From Eledone cirrhosa (taxonomy: Eukaryota), in assembly GCA_964016885.1 (NCBI GenBank), contig OZ024761.1, positions 25,234,001-25,298,000 of the forward strand: a stretch of 64,000 nt of DNA. Direction: 5' to 3'. Shown piece after piece: positions 14,881-29,296 of the stretch. Made by a program: the position numbers and the translations under genes. Numbering within the stretch: the stretch's first letter is position 1; the number at the start of each line of letters is the position of its first letter. The notes below the pieces were generated by a model. The model was not told the DNA's origin. It saw only the letters and a program-made list of their open reading frames with translations, and did not search any database.

Positions 14881-15955
14881 GGACTAATGATTAAATGACA
14901 ATTCAAAAATTGAGAAAGGACTGAGGAAATCTAAAATTGTGATTCTAGCCTATTTCTTCTCCTTACAATTCCAAATATATCGCCAAAAAACAAACAAAAC
15001 GAAACAACAAAACGAATAAGCGGCCGTGAGTTATTGAAAGACAGTTGAACTCCTTTCTGGAAATTTACAACCAAATTGTGAGAAAAGGAAAATATCCACG
15101 AGTCCAGGAACACGTAATATCTAGTTAGTACACATGCAAACACAACTGAAATTCTGTTCAGATCACGTTACACAGAGATGGCGTTAGTTTATGTATTCAA
15201 GGTTTGAGACGTTGCCAAAATTCTCGGCTTATTGCCCGCAAGACAAGTTGGCATGAACGCAGAGCAGAGGGCACCACTGAGGTTAAACCTGTTGAATAAG
15301 AGATTTTAGTAAATACAAATAGTAAATATAAATACACACATACACGCGATCGTTCATGCACAGACACTTATATATGCATATATAGAAAGGCATTCAATCG
15401 CTTACACACACTTATATTTCGATACATATACAAGGACAAAGAGATAGAGAGAGAGAAAGATAGAGAGAGAGAAAGATAGAGAGAGAGGGGGAGGGGACAG
15501 AGAGAGAGGGGGAGGGGACATAGAGAGAGGCGGAGGGGACGACAGGGAGAGAGAGGGACGACAGAGAGAGAGAGGATCAGAGAGAGAAAATAGGATAACT
15601 CAAGACAAAGACGATTGGGAAAACAACGAAAAGATATATTCATACACAAACACATACCTAAATACATATATACATTTAAAATACCCGTGGACGTAAAACG
15701 TTCAAACAATAACTGAATGAACACCAGATTCTACGGATACTGCCAATCCACATAAATTAATGACATGTATTTATGTATAAGGCCAACAGCGACAAGAAGA
15801 AGAATGTACCGAGTAATAATACGATGCAATAATGATATATATTAGTTTAACGCTTGATGTACTCGGCAAAAATACTTTTCTGACGTTAATCCTTCATCGA
15901 AAAGATCAACAGAAAGACGAAAGAAAATAAGAAACGACGAAAGAAAAATAAGAAA

Positions 15956-16004
<49 letters not shown>

Positions 16005-16252
16005 AAGGTTAAACAAAGTTCAATGAATAAAATCAAAGAATGAGTTTTACAATAGATTGAAAGCACTCAAGAAAAATGGTTTTCCGGAGTTATTAATATT
16101 GATTCAAAATATTAACAAAATAGATATTCTTGTGATCAAAATAGATATTCTTGTGATCAAGTACATTTGACATAATTCAAGTATATTTTACATATTACCA
16201 TGACTGAATCTTAACCATCTACTATGTCAGGGTATGTCATGCATCATCTTAT

Positions 16253-16313
16253 TTTATCTGATGAGGACGTACTGTTGAAGTTAACTCAGTACCTCTGAAA
16301 TATGTATAATAAA
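16253..16313 (+). ncRNA. Type-I hammerhead motif, family B
   Basis: Stem I TTTAT/ATAAA; CTGATGA 16258-16264; stem II GGA.GTACTG...CAGTAC.TCT; GAAA 16297-16300; stem III ATATGTAT (one G-U pair); NUH = AUA. It lies in a (TA)n-flanked element (about 16000-16365) with inverted segments at about 16096-16140 and 16315-16362. Confidence 0.72.
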
Positions 16314-16396
16314 TATATTTGGTCACAAGAATATATATATTCTGTTAATATTTTGAATTAATATATATATATATATGTCTATATACAGACACGCAC

Positions 16397-16441
<45 letters not shown>

Positions 16442-16710
16442 ACTATATATATATATACACACACAACTATATATATATATATATATATATGCGCAATGGA
16501 GCCTGCCGACATTGTATATTTTCTTTTCATGTGTAAATACAGACATTATGTAGTTGCGTGTGCATATGCATTTGTGTATACAAGTGCATATATATTTGCA
16601 TAACCCTCATTTTCCCAAGTCACACAACCACTATCAAACACACACATACACACACACATATATATATATATACACACACACACACACTCATATATAGATA
16701 TATACAAACA

Positions 16711-16741
<31 letters not shown>

Positions 16742-17102
16742 GTGTGAAGACATATACATATATATGTAATTACGTATGTATGCATGTATACGCTTATTTC
16801 TTGTTTACTAAACAAAAGTGCCGCCAATATTTATAGCTACTGTCTTACAAAAGCCACATTTGTAATCCACAAACACACACATATACATACATAAGGTATA
16901 TATATATATATACATAAATGTAGATGAATATGTATATATATTTATGTACATAAATGTATATGAATATATATATTTAATGTAGGAGGTGAGTTTTATTGTA
17001 GTACAATAAAGCAATGCAGATATCGGATAAGTAGCACTCTACAGTTTGTAGGACTGGAGTATAAATAATATAAGATCAAAAGATGGTTAAAAGAGTCCCA
17101 AG

Positions 17103-17173
17103 TATTTTATTATGCGCATTTCAAAAACAAATATCATCATGAAATGATATTTGCGTTTTCATCATATAAAATA
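17103..17173 (-). ncRNA. Family-A hammerhead motif with core mutation (AUGAUGA)
   Basis: Reverse complement of the 11869-11939 motif. The plus strand reads TCATCAT rather than TCATCAG at 17159-17165. Confidence 0.65.
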
Positions 17174-17377
17174 GGGATACATGATATGAGGGTTAAAAAA
17201 CACTTGTGAATAGTGAAGTTTTAAATCAAGATATGAAAAATAATTTAAGATTGATGTGTGATATAGGGAAAAATTGAGGGGTCCCAATATCACACATCAA
17301 TCTTAAATTATTTTTCATATGTTGATTTAAAACTTCATTTTTCACAAGTGTTTTTTAACCCTCATATGATGTATCCC

Positions 17378-17448
17378 TATTTTATCTGATGAAAACGCAA
17401 ATATCATCTCTTGATGATATTTGTTTTTGAAATGCGCATAATAAAATA
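17378..17448 (+). ncRNA. Family-A hammerhead motif, intact core
   Basis: TATTTTAT-CTGATGA(17386-17392)-AAACGCAAATATCATC TCTT GATGATATTTGTTTTT-GAAA-TGCGCA-TA-ATAAAATA. Confidence 0.8.
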
Positions 17449-17869
17449 CTTGGAACTCTTAACCATATTTTGATCTTATATTATTTATATATTTATATGT
17501 ATATGAATGTATATATATACATCCATATGTATATATATACATATATATGTATGTATACACATACATGTATATACTCAAGTGCGCCCCCTACGGGATACAA
17601 CACACCCCTACACATGCGCACAGGAGACCTATTTCTGCTGCTGTAGCTGATGCTGCCATCTCTCTTCAAAGTGCCTCATTTGAATCTCATTCAACATCTC
17701 TATCTACTCTCCATCTTCCATTCTTTTACAAACTCCTTTATTTACACATATTGAAAGAGATCGATTCTTCCCATACACCTGAATGTTTTTGATCTTGCTG
17801 TTATTGTCTTTTTTTTTTTGGGGGGGGGGTTGTTACCGTTACTGTTTGGGTTATTGTAGTTGTCTTTGC

Positions 17870-18170
17870 TGCTGGTGGTGGTGGTGGTGGTGGTGGTTGT
17901 GTGGATGTTCTTTTGGTGTTGTTGCTGTTGTTGTTATTGTTGCTGTTGTTGTTGTTGTTGGTGGCGGTGTCGTGTTGGGTATGCTTGGTGTTGGTGTGTT
18001 GGTGCTGTTGTTGATGTTGGTGGTGCTGGTGGTGGTGTTGCTGGTGCTGGTGGTGGTGTTGTTATTTTTAGTATTGTTGCTATTTTCGGTACTGCTGTTG
18101 TTGCTGGTTGTGGTGATGTTGATCTAGGCTTTGTTATTAATACTGATGTTTTTGGTGTTGGTGTTATTGG
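17870..18170. repeat. (TGG/TGT/TGC)n trinucleotide low-complexity tract
   Basis: Seen directly; produces the poly-V/W/C ORFs. Confidence 0.9.
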
Positions 18171-18387
18171 TTTAGCATACTTTTCGATTCACCGTTTCGT
18201 AAATAAAAAACAAACACGAACATACACACACACATCACACAGAAATAGGTGTGTGCTGTGTGTCTGTGTGCGCGCGCGGTGCTGTGTTTGTGTGCTCATT
18301 TGTACACTTTCAAGGAATCTTTTAAATGTACTTTCCTATGTAAGAAGCTGTCAATCGAAAATCAATGAAATACAAAGGGAAATGGTA

Positions 18388-18584
18388 AAGAGAGAGAAAG
18401 AGAGAGAGAGAGAGATGGGGAGATATAGGGAGGGAGAGAGGGAGGGGGATAGAGGGAGGGGAGTATAGGGAGGGGGTTATAGAGAGGGGATATAGGGAGA
18501 GAGGGAGGGAGTGGAGGGAGAGAGGGAGAGAGTGGAGGGAGGGAGAGAGAGATAGGGAGGGATGGGGGGAGAGGGAGAGGGATG

Positions 18585-18615
<31 letters not shown>

Positions 18616-18616
18616 C
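18388..18616. repeat. Polypurine (GA/GGGA)n tract
   Basis: Seen directly. Confidence 0.9.
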
Positions 18617-18721
18617 CAGATATATATGTCAACACAAGAGCAAGAATGAAGGGTTCATTCTAATGACATGGCTATAAAATTGAGGCTTGTTTGCATAATT
18701 GCAAACGAATCGAATGTTATT

Positions 18722-18900
18722 ATTGGCAGTATCGGTAGAGAGTCGGACACCATGCTTTAAAGCATAGAGTTACGTCCCTTTACGGTCTGAGTTCAAATCA
18801 CGCCGAGGTTAACTTTGCCTTTCATCCTTACGGCGTCGATAAAATAAAGTACCAGTAATGTACTGGGTATTTGCTCGCCTTGTGCCAAAAGTAGAAATAA
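18722..18900 (+). mobile_element. Main-family SINE (a further 3' half lies at 19142-19240)
   Basis: Head TTGGCAGTATCGGTAGAG, B-box GAGTTCAAATC, core and tail all present. Confidence 0.9.
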
Positions 18901-19337
18901 TTATTAATATACGAAAAACTCAGATTACATTTATATATATATATATATATAAAAATAACAGATTATAACAGATTAAACCTTGGTTTCAGAAGATTCCGTT
19001 AAGGGTGAAAGCAGCGATTCTTTGCTTAAACTTTAATCTGTTATTTTAATAAACATTTGCTCCTGGATTCTTATATATTTGATATATATTTATCCTTATC
19101 GAACCTTCTTTGGATTTTAGTCTTCACATTTATTATTATTACGCCGGGGTTAACTTGAGCTTTTCATCTGTACGGGATCGATAAAATAAAGTACCAGTAA
19201 TGCACTGTATAATTGCTAGCCTTGTGCCAAAAGTAGAAATAATTATTATTACTATATATATATATATAGGTAGATAGATAGATAGATAGATATATACACA
19301 CACAGAGAAAGAGAGAGAGAAAAATCTAGAGATGGAG

Positions 19338-19390
<53 letters not shown>

Positions 19391-19569
19391 GAGAGAGAGA
19401 AACCAATGCACTGAGGATGGAGTGATGAAATATGAAGAATAGTTGATAGATAAGAACTCGTCCTGAGAAAATTCGTGAAGGAAAGTCTTATGAAAACTGA
19501 AATACTTCACTAAACGTAATAGCCTTTTGCTTATCTACAGTTTTATCAGCAACAACGATGCCTTGGAGC

Positions 19570-19628
<59 letters not shown>

Positions 19629-19715
19629 ATATGTGTGTGCGGTGTTTGGTGTGTGGTATGTGTGTGTATGTGTGTGTATGTGTGTGTATATGTGTGTATA
19701 TGGGTGTGTGGTGTG

Positions 19716-19768
<53 letters not shown>

Positions 19769-19915
19769 ATGTGTGTGTATATGTGTGTGTATATGTGTGT
19801 GCGGTGTGTGGTGTGTGGTATGTGTGTGTATATGTGAGTGTGGTGTGTGGTGTGTGTGTGTGCATATATATATATATATATATGCATATCAGGAGTAACT
19901 ATTCGTACGTGTAAG

Positions 19916-20103
19916 GGCAGTGGATTGGCAGTATCAGTAGAGGGTCGGACGCCATTCCTTGCAGCACGGCGTTACCTCCCTTTAGGGTCTGAGTTCAAAT
20001 CCCGCGAGGTTAACTTTGCCTTTCATCCTTACAAGGTCGATAAAATAAAGTACCAGTAATGCACTGGGATAATTGCTGGCCTTGTGCCAAAAGTAGAAAC
20101 AAT
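19916..20103 (+). mobile_element. Main-family SINE, full length
   Basis: GGCAGTGGATTGGCAGTATCAGTAGAG ... GCCAAAAGTAGAAACAAT. Confidence 0.9.
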
Positions 20104-20152
20104 AATTATATATATATATATATATATACATACATACATATATATATATATA

Positions 20153-20455
20153 TGTGTGTTTCTGTGTGAATATGTGAGTGTGTACGTTTGTGTGTTTCTG
20201 TGTGAATGTGTGAGTGTGTACGTTTGTGTGTTTCTGTGTGAATGTGTGAGTGTGTACGTTTGTGTGTTTCTGTGTGAATGTGTGAGTGTGTACGTTTGTG
20301 TGTTTCTGTGTGAATGTGTGAGTGTGTACGTTTATGTGTTTCTGTGTGAATGTGTGAGTGTGTACGTTTGTGTGTTTCTGTGTGAATGTGTGAATGTGTG
20401 AGTGTGTACGTTTGTGTGTTTCTGTGTGAATGTGTGAGTGTGTACGTTTGTGTGT
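20153..20455. repeat. 36-bp minisatellite, about 8 copies
   Basis: Unit TGTGTGTTTCTGTGTGAATGTGTGAGTGTGTACGTT. Confidence 0.92.
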
Positions 20456-20840
20456 ATATCTGTATGTGTCAGTGCGTACATTATCTAATATACAGAAATA
20501 AAATCGCCAAAGAAATATTTCCTTGTGTTACATATCAGCAATGGATCATTGAGTCAATAATAAAACATTCATGCTGTTGTTTGAAATATATGTATGGAAG
20601 TAAGGAAATATATGTATGGAAGTAAGGAAATATTCTATGCATTATCTACAGCTCTACGAGACACCCAAGCGCCAGACGACCTTATAGAATACGTGGTTCC
20701 ATAGTAAACACAGTAGAATTGCTAGAAACCTCTCTAAGAACATGGCCGGCTTTTTTTCATCGAGAGTTTTATACGGAAGTGTCGGAACTATCGCATGTAG
20801 CTTTGACATCTCATAGGATGACATTCAATTCACCACAATT

Positions 20841-21070
20841 ATGTATATCTATACATGGATATGTGCGGATATGTATATCTATATATGGATATGTGCGGAT
20901 ATGTATATCTATACATGGATATGTGCGGATATGTATATCTATACATGGATATGTGTGGATATGTATATCTATATATGGATATGTGCGGATATGTATATCT
21001 ATACATGGATATGTGCGGATATGTATATCTATACATGGATATGTATATCTATACATGGATATGTGCGGAT
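20841..21070. repeat. 30-bp minisatellite, about 7.5 copies
   Basis: Unit ATGTATATCTATACATGGATATGTGCGGAT. Confidence 0.92.
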
Positions 21071-21326
21071 ATGTATGTGTATTTCTCTCTCTCACTCGCT
21101 ACGTTTCATTCTTACACACTCTTTCTCTTAGACACTCTCTCTCCATTTCTCTTGCTCCCTTAATGTGTTTCCCTCTGTTTCAGTCATAGTGCGTTTGCGT
21201 GAGAGAAAAACTAATAGACTCCCTCACTATCTTTCTCTGATACACACTCACTCACTCACTCAGTCAGTCTCCGTCTGTTTTACCCCTAATGTGGTTTCGT
21301 CAGAGAAAAACTAAGACATACTATCA

Positions 21327-21383
<57 letters not shown>

Positions 21384-22606
21384 TATCTCGCTCCTTCTCA
21401 ATCTCTCTTCCTCAGACACTCTCTTTAGCTCGGTCACAGACACTATCTCTCTTTAACGCTCTCTCTAGTACTCTCTCTCTCTCTCTTTCACTCTCTCGCT
21501 CTTTAGCTCGGTCTCCATCTGTTTTAGTCCTAGTGTGGTTTGGTCAGGAAAGACCAAGACACTCTCAATCACTGTCACGCACACACACACACACTTACTA
21601 TCTATCTCTAACGCACTCTCTCACGTAATCTCTCTCTAACTCACTCTATCTTTCTGTTTCTGCCCCAGTGTGGTTTCGTTAGGGAAACAATAATATATGT
21701 ATATGTATTAAAAAACACCAACAAAAAAACTTGATATAAAAATCTTGTTTCTCTGTAACTGTATGTAAAATATATAACGTGACAGCATTAAGCTATTTAA
21801 CAGAAAAAGTATTAACGGAGTAATTGATTTTGATATAGATAAAAACGTGTGGAGGAGTTGGGTGGGGTGACGTGTCGAGGTTGCAGAAAAATATGACAAG
21901 GAGATGGGGGTAGGATTTGAGGCGTGAACAAGGATTATAATAGAACGCATAATTGATATACAGGGAAATAAAATATATATCGTAATAAAATGAAAGCAAA
22001 CGGAAAATAGAAATGAATACATATAAATATTTATTGACATCGAGGTTCTGTCAAACTTGACAATCACTGATATTATCTGTCTAAGGATCTATTCATCATT
22101 TCTAAATATCTATCAAAGTATTTATCTATTTACCTGTCCACTTACCTGTCTGTCTATCTATCTATCTATCTATCTACCTACCTACCTATCTACGTAATTA
22201 CCTGTCTAACTATATATCTTTCTTTTTATCTATATCTCACTATGTGTATCGATACCTATCTACCGAAATATAAATATATCAATCGATCTATTCAACATAT
22301 CTATTTATATATCTATCTATCAATCTTATCAATCTATTGTTTAGCTGTATGGTCAATCATTCTCCCCCTCATCCATCTCTCTTTCTCTCTCTATCCCTCT
22401 CTCATCTCCCTTTGCTCTCTCTATCCCTCTCTGCTCTCTTATGCCAACCTACATCACTACGGCATATCTCGATGATTACATGATTGCACCTATGATTGCG
22501 TACGCATCTGACGAAGTCACATTAATAACCAAGTGACATATATATCATGCAATGAACGATTATGGTGAATTAATCCCGTCTTAAGTAGCATTATTTGATA
22601 TATTAT

Positions 22607-22785
22607 TGGTGGATTGGCAGAGCGTCGGACGCCATGATTTGACGCATAGAGTTACGGCCCTTGCCATTCTGAGTTCAAATCCCGCTGAGGTTAACTTAGC
22701 CTTTCATCCTTACGGGGTCGATAAAATAAAGTACCAGTAATGCACTGGGATAATTGGTGGCCTTGTGCCAAAGGTAGAAACAATT
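22607..22785 (+). mobile_element. Main-family SINE
   Basis: Head, B-box, core and tail present; small deletion in the head. Confidence 0.9.
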
Positions 22786-22829
22786 ATTTGATATATTAAG
22801 ATATATATATATACGCATATGCGTATATA

Positions 22830-22925
<96 letters not shown>

Positions 22926-23282
22926 CTGTGTGTGAAATCATGTTACTATCTCTCAAAAAGCGATGTACTATCAAACTTCATAGTAAAAGTCAATCTTGAG
23001 AAATAGGTGACACATTTTGAAACAAAAGAAGTCCATTGCTCTTTGTAGTTTAAGTACCATCGTTAGTAATGATACAAGTGGTTATGGTGTTGTTGTTGTG
23101 GTGGTTAGTAGTGGTAGACATGAGTGGGAGTGTTGATTGTGGTGATGATCATCATCTGTCCAATGCAGTGGTGACGTCATTGATGTCATTTTGTTTTGGC
23201 AGCCATTTTAAGGGCCGCCATTCGTTGACGCCCCAGTTAACCAGTGTCAAATTACACTGACATTTTGTTATTTTGTGTATAG

Positions 23283-23576
<294 letters not shown>

Positions 23577-23717
23577 GAATGTGTCACTTTTGTTGTATAT
23601 TACTGTCAAGTTTTACAACTTATTTTGTCCAATATTCTGTATGTAAGTTTATATATATATATATATGTGTGTGTGTGTATATATATATCCTAACATGCAT
23701 TTACACACGCATATTCG

Positions 23718-23749
<32 letters not shown>

Positions 23750-23826
23750 CTAACATACATTCACACACACACATATATATGTATTTATATATATATATGT
23801 AAATATATATATACTAACATACATTA

Positions 23827-23859
<33 letters not shown>

Positions 23860-24427
23860 CTAACATGTATTCACATACATATATATATATGTATTTATAT
23901 ATAAATATATATATTAAATATCTTAAACGTAACAATTAGACTTGAAATTTATTTAAATGACATATGCATATATATATATATATATATACATACATACAGA
24001 GGGAGAGAGAGAGGAGGGGGAGGGGGAGAGAGGGGGGGTAAGTGTATTAGGAAATGTCATACAATAGTGGTGGAATCCAACAAAGGACACTTGCAATTTA
24101 CTAAAAGACAGGAAAGTGTTGGAAGTCTTATAAGAGTATGTTTTTAATTTTTGTACGACCGCTTCTAACACTCTCTCTTTCATTGATTCGCCTTCTCTCT
24201 GGTACTCGCATAGTGTTTACGTGTTTATTCCCGAAAGTATATACATACATTATGTATATTTATATATGTATATGTGCGTTATGGTCCATCTGGTTCCTCA
24301 CCACAATTCCTTTGTTATATATATATGTATATATATACGTATATATATATATATATTTATATAAATTATCTCAACCACATCTACAAATCGACAACATTTA
24401 TACACTAGTATGATTATTATGCGTGCA

Positions 24428-24467
<40 letters not shown>

Positions 24468-24644
24468 TTCTACAGGAGTAGACCTGTTTCATTCGGAAGA
24501 TACCGTTAGGAAAGCCCTGATGCTTTCTTCCGAATAAAACAGTTCTAGTCCTGTAGAAGCCATTTCTATATTAAATATTTATACAACACTATGTATTGAG
24601 TACCTTACTTACTGTGGTTACCCTAGATTGAACCCGGGATAAAC

Positions 24645-24676
<32 letters not shown>

Positions 24677-24965
24677 TATATTATATATATATATAGTGAT
24701 GGATAGAGAGGGGGAGAAAAAGAAAGTGGTTGTAAGTGAAATTTAAATTGTTTCAAAAACCGTTTACTATGCAGTTTATAACATGTCAAGCCTCCTAACT
24801 GTAGATAACACACGAGATAAACACATGTACTACTACTACTACTACTACAACTACTACTACTATATTAATGTTAATAGTAAAATACATATGATTACAATAG
24901 TCACAAGGCTAATACATATAAATAAGTTTTAAAAAATCGTAAACAACCTCATAGTTACATGGCAA

Positions 24966-25030
<65 letters not shown>

Positions 25031-25142
25031 AACGTAAATATACATTCGGAAACATACATATATATACATACATGCATGTATAAACAAATATATATATATA
25101 CATACATAGATACATTCATAGATATATAAACACATATATATA

Positions 25143-25505
25143 TACATGTATAAACCTATCAATATACATACATGTATAAACCTATCGATATACATACATG
25201 TATAAACCTATCGATATACATACATGTATAAACCTATACATATACATGCATGTATAAACCTATACATATATATGCATGTATAAACCTATACATATATATG
25301 CATGTATAAACCTATACATATATATGCATGTATAAACCTATACATAGATATGCATGTATAAACCTATACATATATATACATGTATAAACCTATACATATA
25401 TATACATGTATAAACCTATACATATATATATACATGTATAAACCTATACATATATATACATGTATAAACCTCTCAATATACATACATGTATAAACCTATA
25501 CATAT
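25143..25505. repeat. About 26-bp minisatellite (CATGTATAAACCTATACATATATA..)
   Basis: About 13 copies of CATGTATAAACCT with variable TA spacers. Confidence 0.9.
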
Positions 25506-26297
25506 ATACATATATATACATAAATAAATACTGACATGTATAAACATATGTATATATATATACACACACCTAAGTATGTTACAAACGTCATAAGTGTAAA
25601 ATGTTCGTCAGTAGTAATAATACTTAAGACAAAACAGATGTGAACAGTTTTTATACAATGTCTGCCTTTAGGTGATAGTTCAAGAACATAGAGTGCGTAC
25701 GTGTCTGGCAAGCTCGTTAACAAAGTTTTTCTAGATGCAGACATTTTAACGACTGGAATTTAATAAGACGCTAAAGAAATTTCATTACAAACGATTAGAA
25801 ATAAAATAAATAATAAATACTAAATAATATATATCCAGCAGCCCTGTTAAAGATTAAAAAAAAAAATTTACAAATGACAGAATAAGCACAACGAAAGATA
25901 AACAACCATAACAAATATATATTTGGCATACGTGTATTTTTGTTTGTGAATGTTTGTATTTGTTTGTCTCTGTTTCTGCGTGTTTATATTAATATAAAAC
26001 AAAGAAAAACAGCCCGAAAATATACGATAAATAAAGTACAATAACCTAAAGACAAGTGGTCAACACTATTTGCGAGACAGAACATTAATGATTTGAGCGC
26101 ACAGAAAGATGGTGGATCATAACGAAACGCACATGAAGAGAAGTCGATTAAACAAACAGACGAGAGACTGCAGGCATTTAACTGGTATTTATATCATGGC
26201 ATTTTTGCAGCATACAATAAAAAGAAAGTAAAATAATTGGATCCGATAAACAAGGAACCAAACATTTGTAAAGTTTCAGCTTCTCCCACAATACATA

Positions 26298-26477
26298 ATT
26301 GTTTCTACTTTAGGCACAAGGCCAGCAATTACCCCAGTGCATTACTGGTACTTTACTTTATCGACCCCCGTAAGGATGAAAGGCAAAGACAAACTCGACG
26401 GGATTTCAACTCAGATCGTAAAGGGACGTAACTATACTGTAAAGCATGGCATCCGACACTCTACCGATACTGCCAAC
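26298..26477 (-). mobile_element. Main-family SINE
   Basis: TTGTTTCTACTTTAGGCACAAGGCC ... CTACCGATACTGCCAA. Confidence 0.9.
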
Positions 26478-27736
26478 ATAATAATATTAAACCTTGCTTG
26501 AGGATGTTGGTTACTTCTTGTATTTCTTATACCGACTAAAGTGTTTACATTATAACATATATATATATACATACATGTAGAAGTGGTAATTCAACAGTTA
26601 GTTCACCATACCGAGAACAGTTGTTTCACCTTAGCGTGTCTTCAGCTCGTACTGGTCATGGTTATACGGAACAGGAAAAACAACCGTATGAACGCGCATG
26701 CGCAGAAACGGTCAATTCACCCAAGAGATACAAAGCCACGGACGAATGGTGTAAGGGAGATAACTGCAAAATTCGGAAAAAAATGTTCGAGTTAACAAGA
26801 AAATTAGAATGTTATTTTTTCTTTCTTCTCTCTTCATTATTCAATCCGGAGCTTTGTAGTTATGCAAGAGGTGTTTCCAGACATGTGGACAACGTAATAG
26901 TTGTGATCGTTAGATTCTTTTATTATCGTGGCAATTTAACATTCCCCATACTAATTGCGTTGGTTTTCAAAATATATATATATATATATAGTTTCACGCT
27001 TTATGTTTGAAAGAGGAAAGTTCGACGTGTCGCTCTTAATCCCTACTTCGGGAGTACAAAACATAAAAAGGAGACAAACAGAAAAAAGGTCTCAAAGAAG
27101 ACAAAGAATTTAAGAGTGAGTGAGTGAGTGAGTGAGTGAGTGAGTGAGTGAGTGAGTGAGTGAGTGAGTGAGTGAGTGAGTGAGTGAGTGAGTGAGTGAG
27201 CGAGCGAGCGAGCGTGCGTGCGCGCGTGTGCGTGTGTGTGTGTGTTGTGGTTAGAGCATAGGGCTTGCAATCGAGGGTTGTGTGTTCAATTCTAGGACAT
27301 GGTGATGCATTGTCTCAGTCGATGTTTGGGCTGACAAAAACAGTAGTATCTACAAATATTAATATTAAGGAATTTCGGATTGGATTGATAACAGTGACTT
27401 CGAAGTCTCCTATGTCTACATATTTATTCATAGCAACAGATCGTATAAGACAGCTACATGTCAAAGTTTCGTTCCATTTCGTTTCTGTGCGTGTGTGTGT
27501 ATGCGTGTGCGTGTGCGCGTGTGCGCGTGTGCGTGTGTGTGTGTGTGCGTGTGAGTGTGTGTGTGCGTGTGCGTGTGTGCGTGTGCGTATGTATCTATAT
27601 AAGTTAATGGTCCTGTGTGTGTTTGATGAAGTCCGTGTGTCAGAATGAATAAACATCTATATGGGTTAATGCAGGGAAAGTGTACGTATGTAGACATGCA
27701 TTTATGGCAGGTTATGGTAGATAATAGAACACCTAC

Positions 27737-27778
<42 letters not shown>

Positions 27779-28016
27779 AAACACAGATACACACACGTGT
27801 GTATATATATATATGTGTGTTTGTGTGTATATATAATATATATCATATGTATATATATATATCATATATAGATATGTAATATATATATAATATATATACA
27901 TGTAATATATATATATATATAGAGAGAGAGATGTAATATATATATATATCATACATAGATATGTAATATATATATATATAGAGAGAGAGAGATGTAATAT
28001 ATATATATATAAATAC

Positions 28017-28055
<39 letters not shown>

Positions 28056-28536
28056 TGTGTGTATTTATGCATATATGTACATACATACGGTGAAATGACT
28101 TACATATGTAGTCTCAACAACCAACAATACTACTACTACTACTACTACTATTACTACTACTACTACTAATAATAATAACTACAACCACAACAATGATAAC
28201 AAGAACATCGGAATTAGATAATTTTAGAAGTTTATATAGCATATCTGATGTATTGCAGTTAATCTGGTTTGATCCGGGGAATATTTTGGGTGATTAATCC
28301 TTCTAATACTGTACAATATGGAGGATATTTAGATATGTAATATATGATGACGATGCACACATACACACATATATATATATATGTATATATACATATGTAT
28401 ATCAGAAACTGTGTGTGTGTGTATCTGTGTATATGTATATATGTATGTATACATATCTATGTGTATGTGTATCTCAGCATATATATATATATATATATAC
28501 ATATATGTGTGTGTGTCTATCTCTGCACACACACAA

Positions 28537-28569
<33 letters not shown>

Positions 28570-28729
28570 CGTAACATATGTATACATATATATGTGTGTG
28601 TATCTATGCATATATATATATATACATATATGTGTGTGTGTATCTCTGCACACACACACACATTTTGTATATGTGTTTATGTATATACATATGTCTGTAT
28701 ATTTATATATTATTACATTATTCATATCG

Positions 28730-28766
<37 letters not shown>

Positions 28767-29241
28767 CACACAAGTGTGTGTGTTTATGCGTGTATTCCAT
28801 ATAGCGCATGTGGAAGTTTGCCAAACGTTTCTAGAGAGTTAACCAATATATATAATTACAGGGGAGCGCATGCTGAGATCGGGATTGAATGGTTAACTAA
28901 CCTAATGTTCTGACATACACAACAGACCTACACAACATCATTTTCTTGGGTGCCGTTTGACCATTTAATTTTTGACACTATATATCCACCACGAAGCTAT
29001 ATGCTACTCTAATGAGCACGAAGAAAGCCGAAACATTTCACGAACTATTTCGTATATATATATATAAACTAGCCAATAAAATTACTTGTATGTTCTGACT
29101 TCAGAATAGAAGTCGAGCTTTGATATAGAAATATATTCAACAGAATATCATAAACAAACACTCGGCAAACTATAGGGGACTGGTCGAAGACTGGACAAAC
29201 TGTGAGACACACGCGCGCACACGCACCTCTCTCTCTCTCTG

Positions 29242-29292
<51 letters not shown>

Positions 29293-29296
<4 letters not shown>

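Larger units (their letters stand above)
17061..17488. mobile_element. About 430-bp near-perfect palindrome made of two inverted copies of the family-A element
   Basis: Arms of about 205 bp separated by a spacer of about 12 nt (AAAATTGAGGGG); homologous to 11770-11975. Confidence 0.85.

Noticed and set aside
26646-26790. Possible exon (SARTGHGYTEQEKQPYERACAE...) or NRF1-type GCGCATGCGCA promoter motif at 26694-26704
   Set aside because: No recognisable protein, ambiguous donor site, and a single motif is insufficient without expression data.
29005-29050. CTAATGA..GCCGAAACATTTC and its partial paralogue GAAACATGTC at about 30538
   Set aside because: Core mutated and stems weak; possibly a decayed hammerhead but not supportable from these copies alone.
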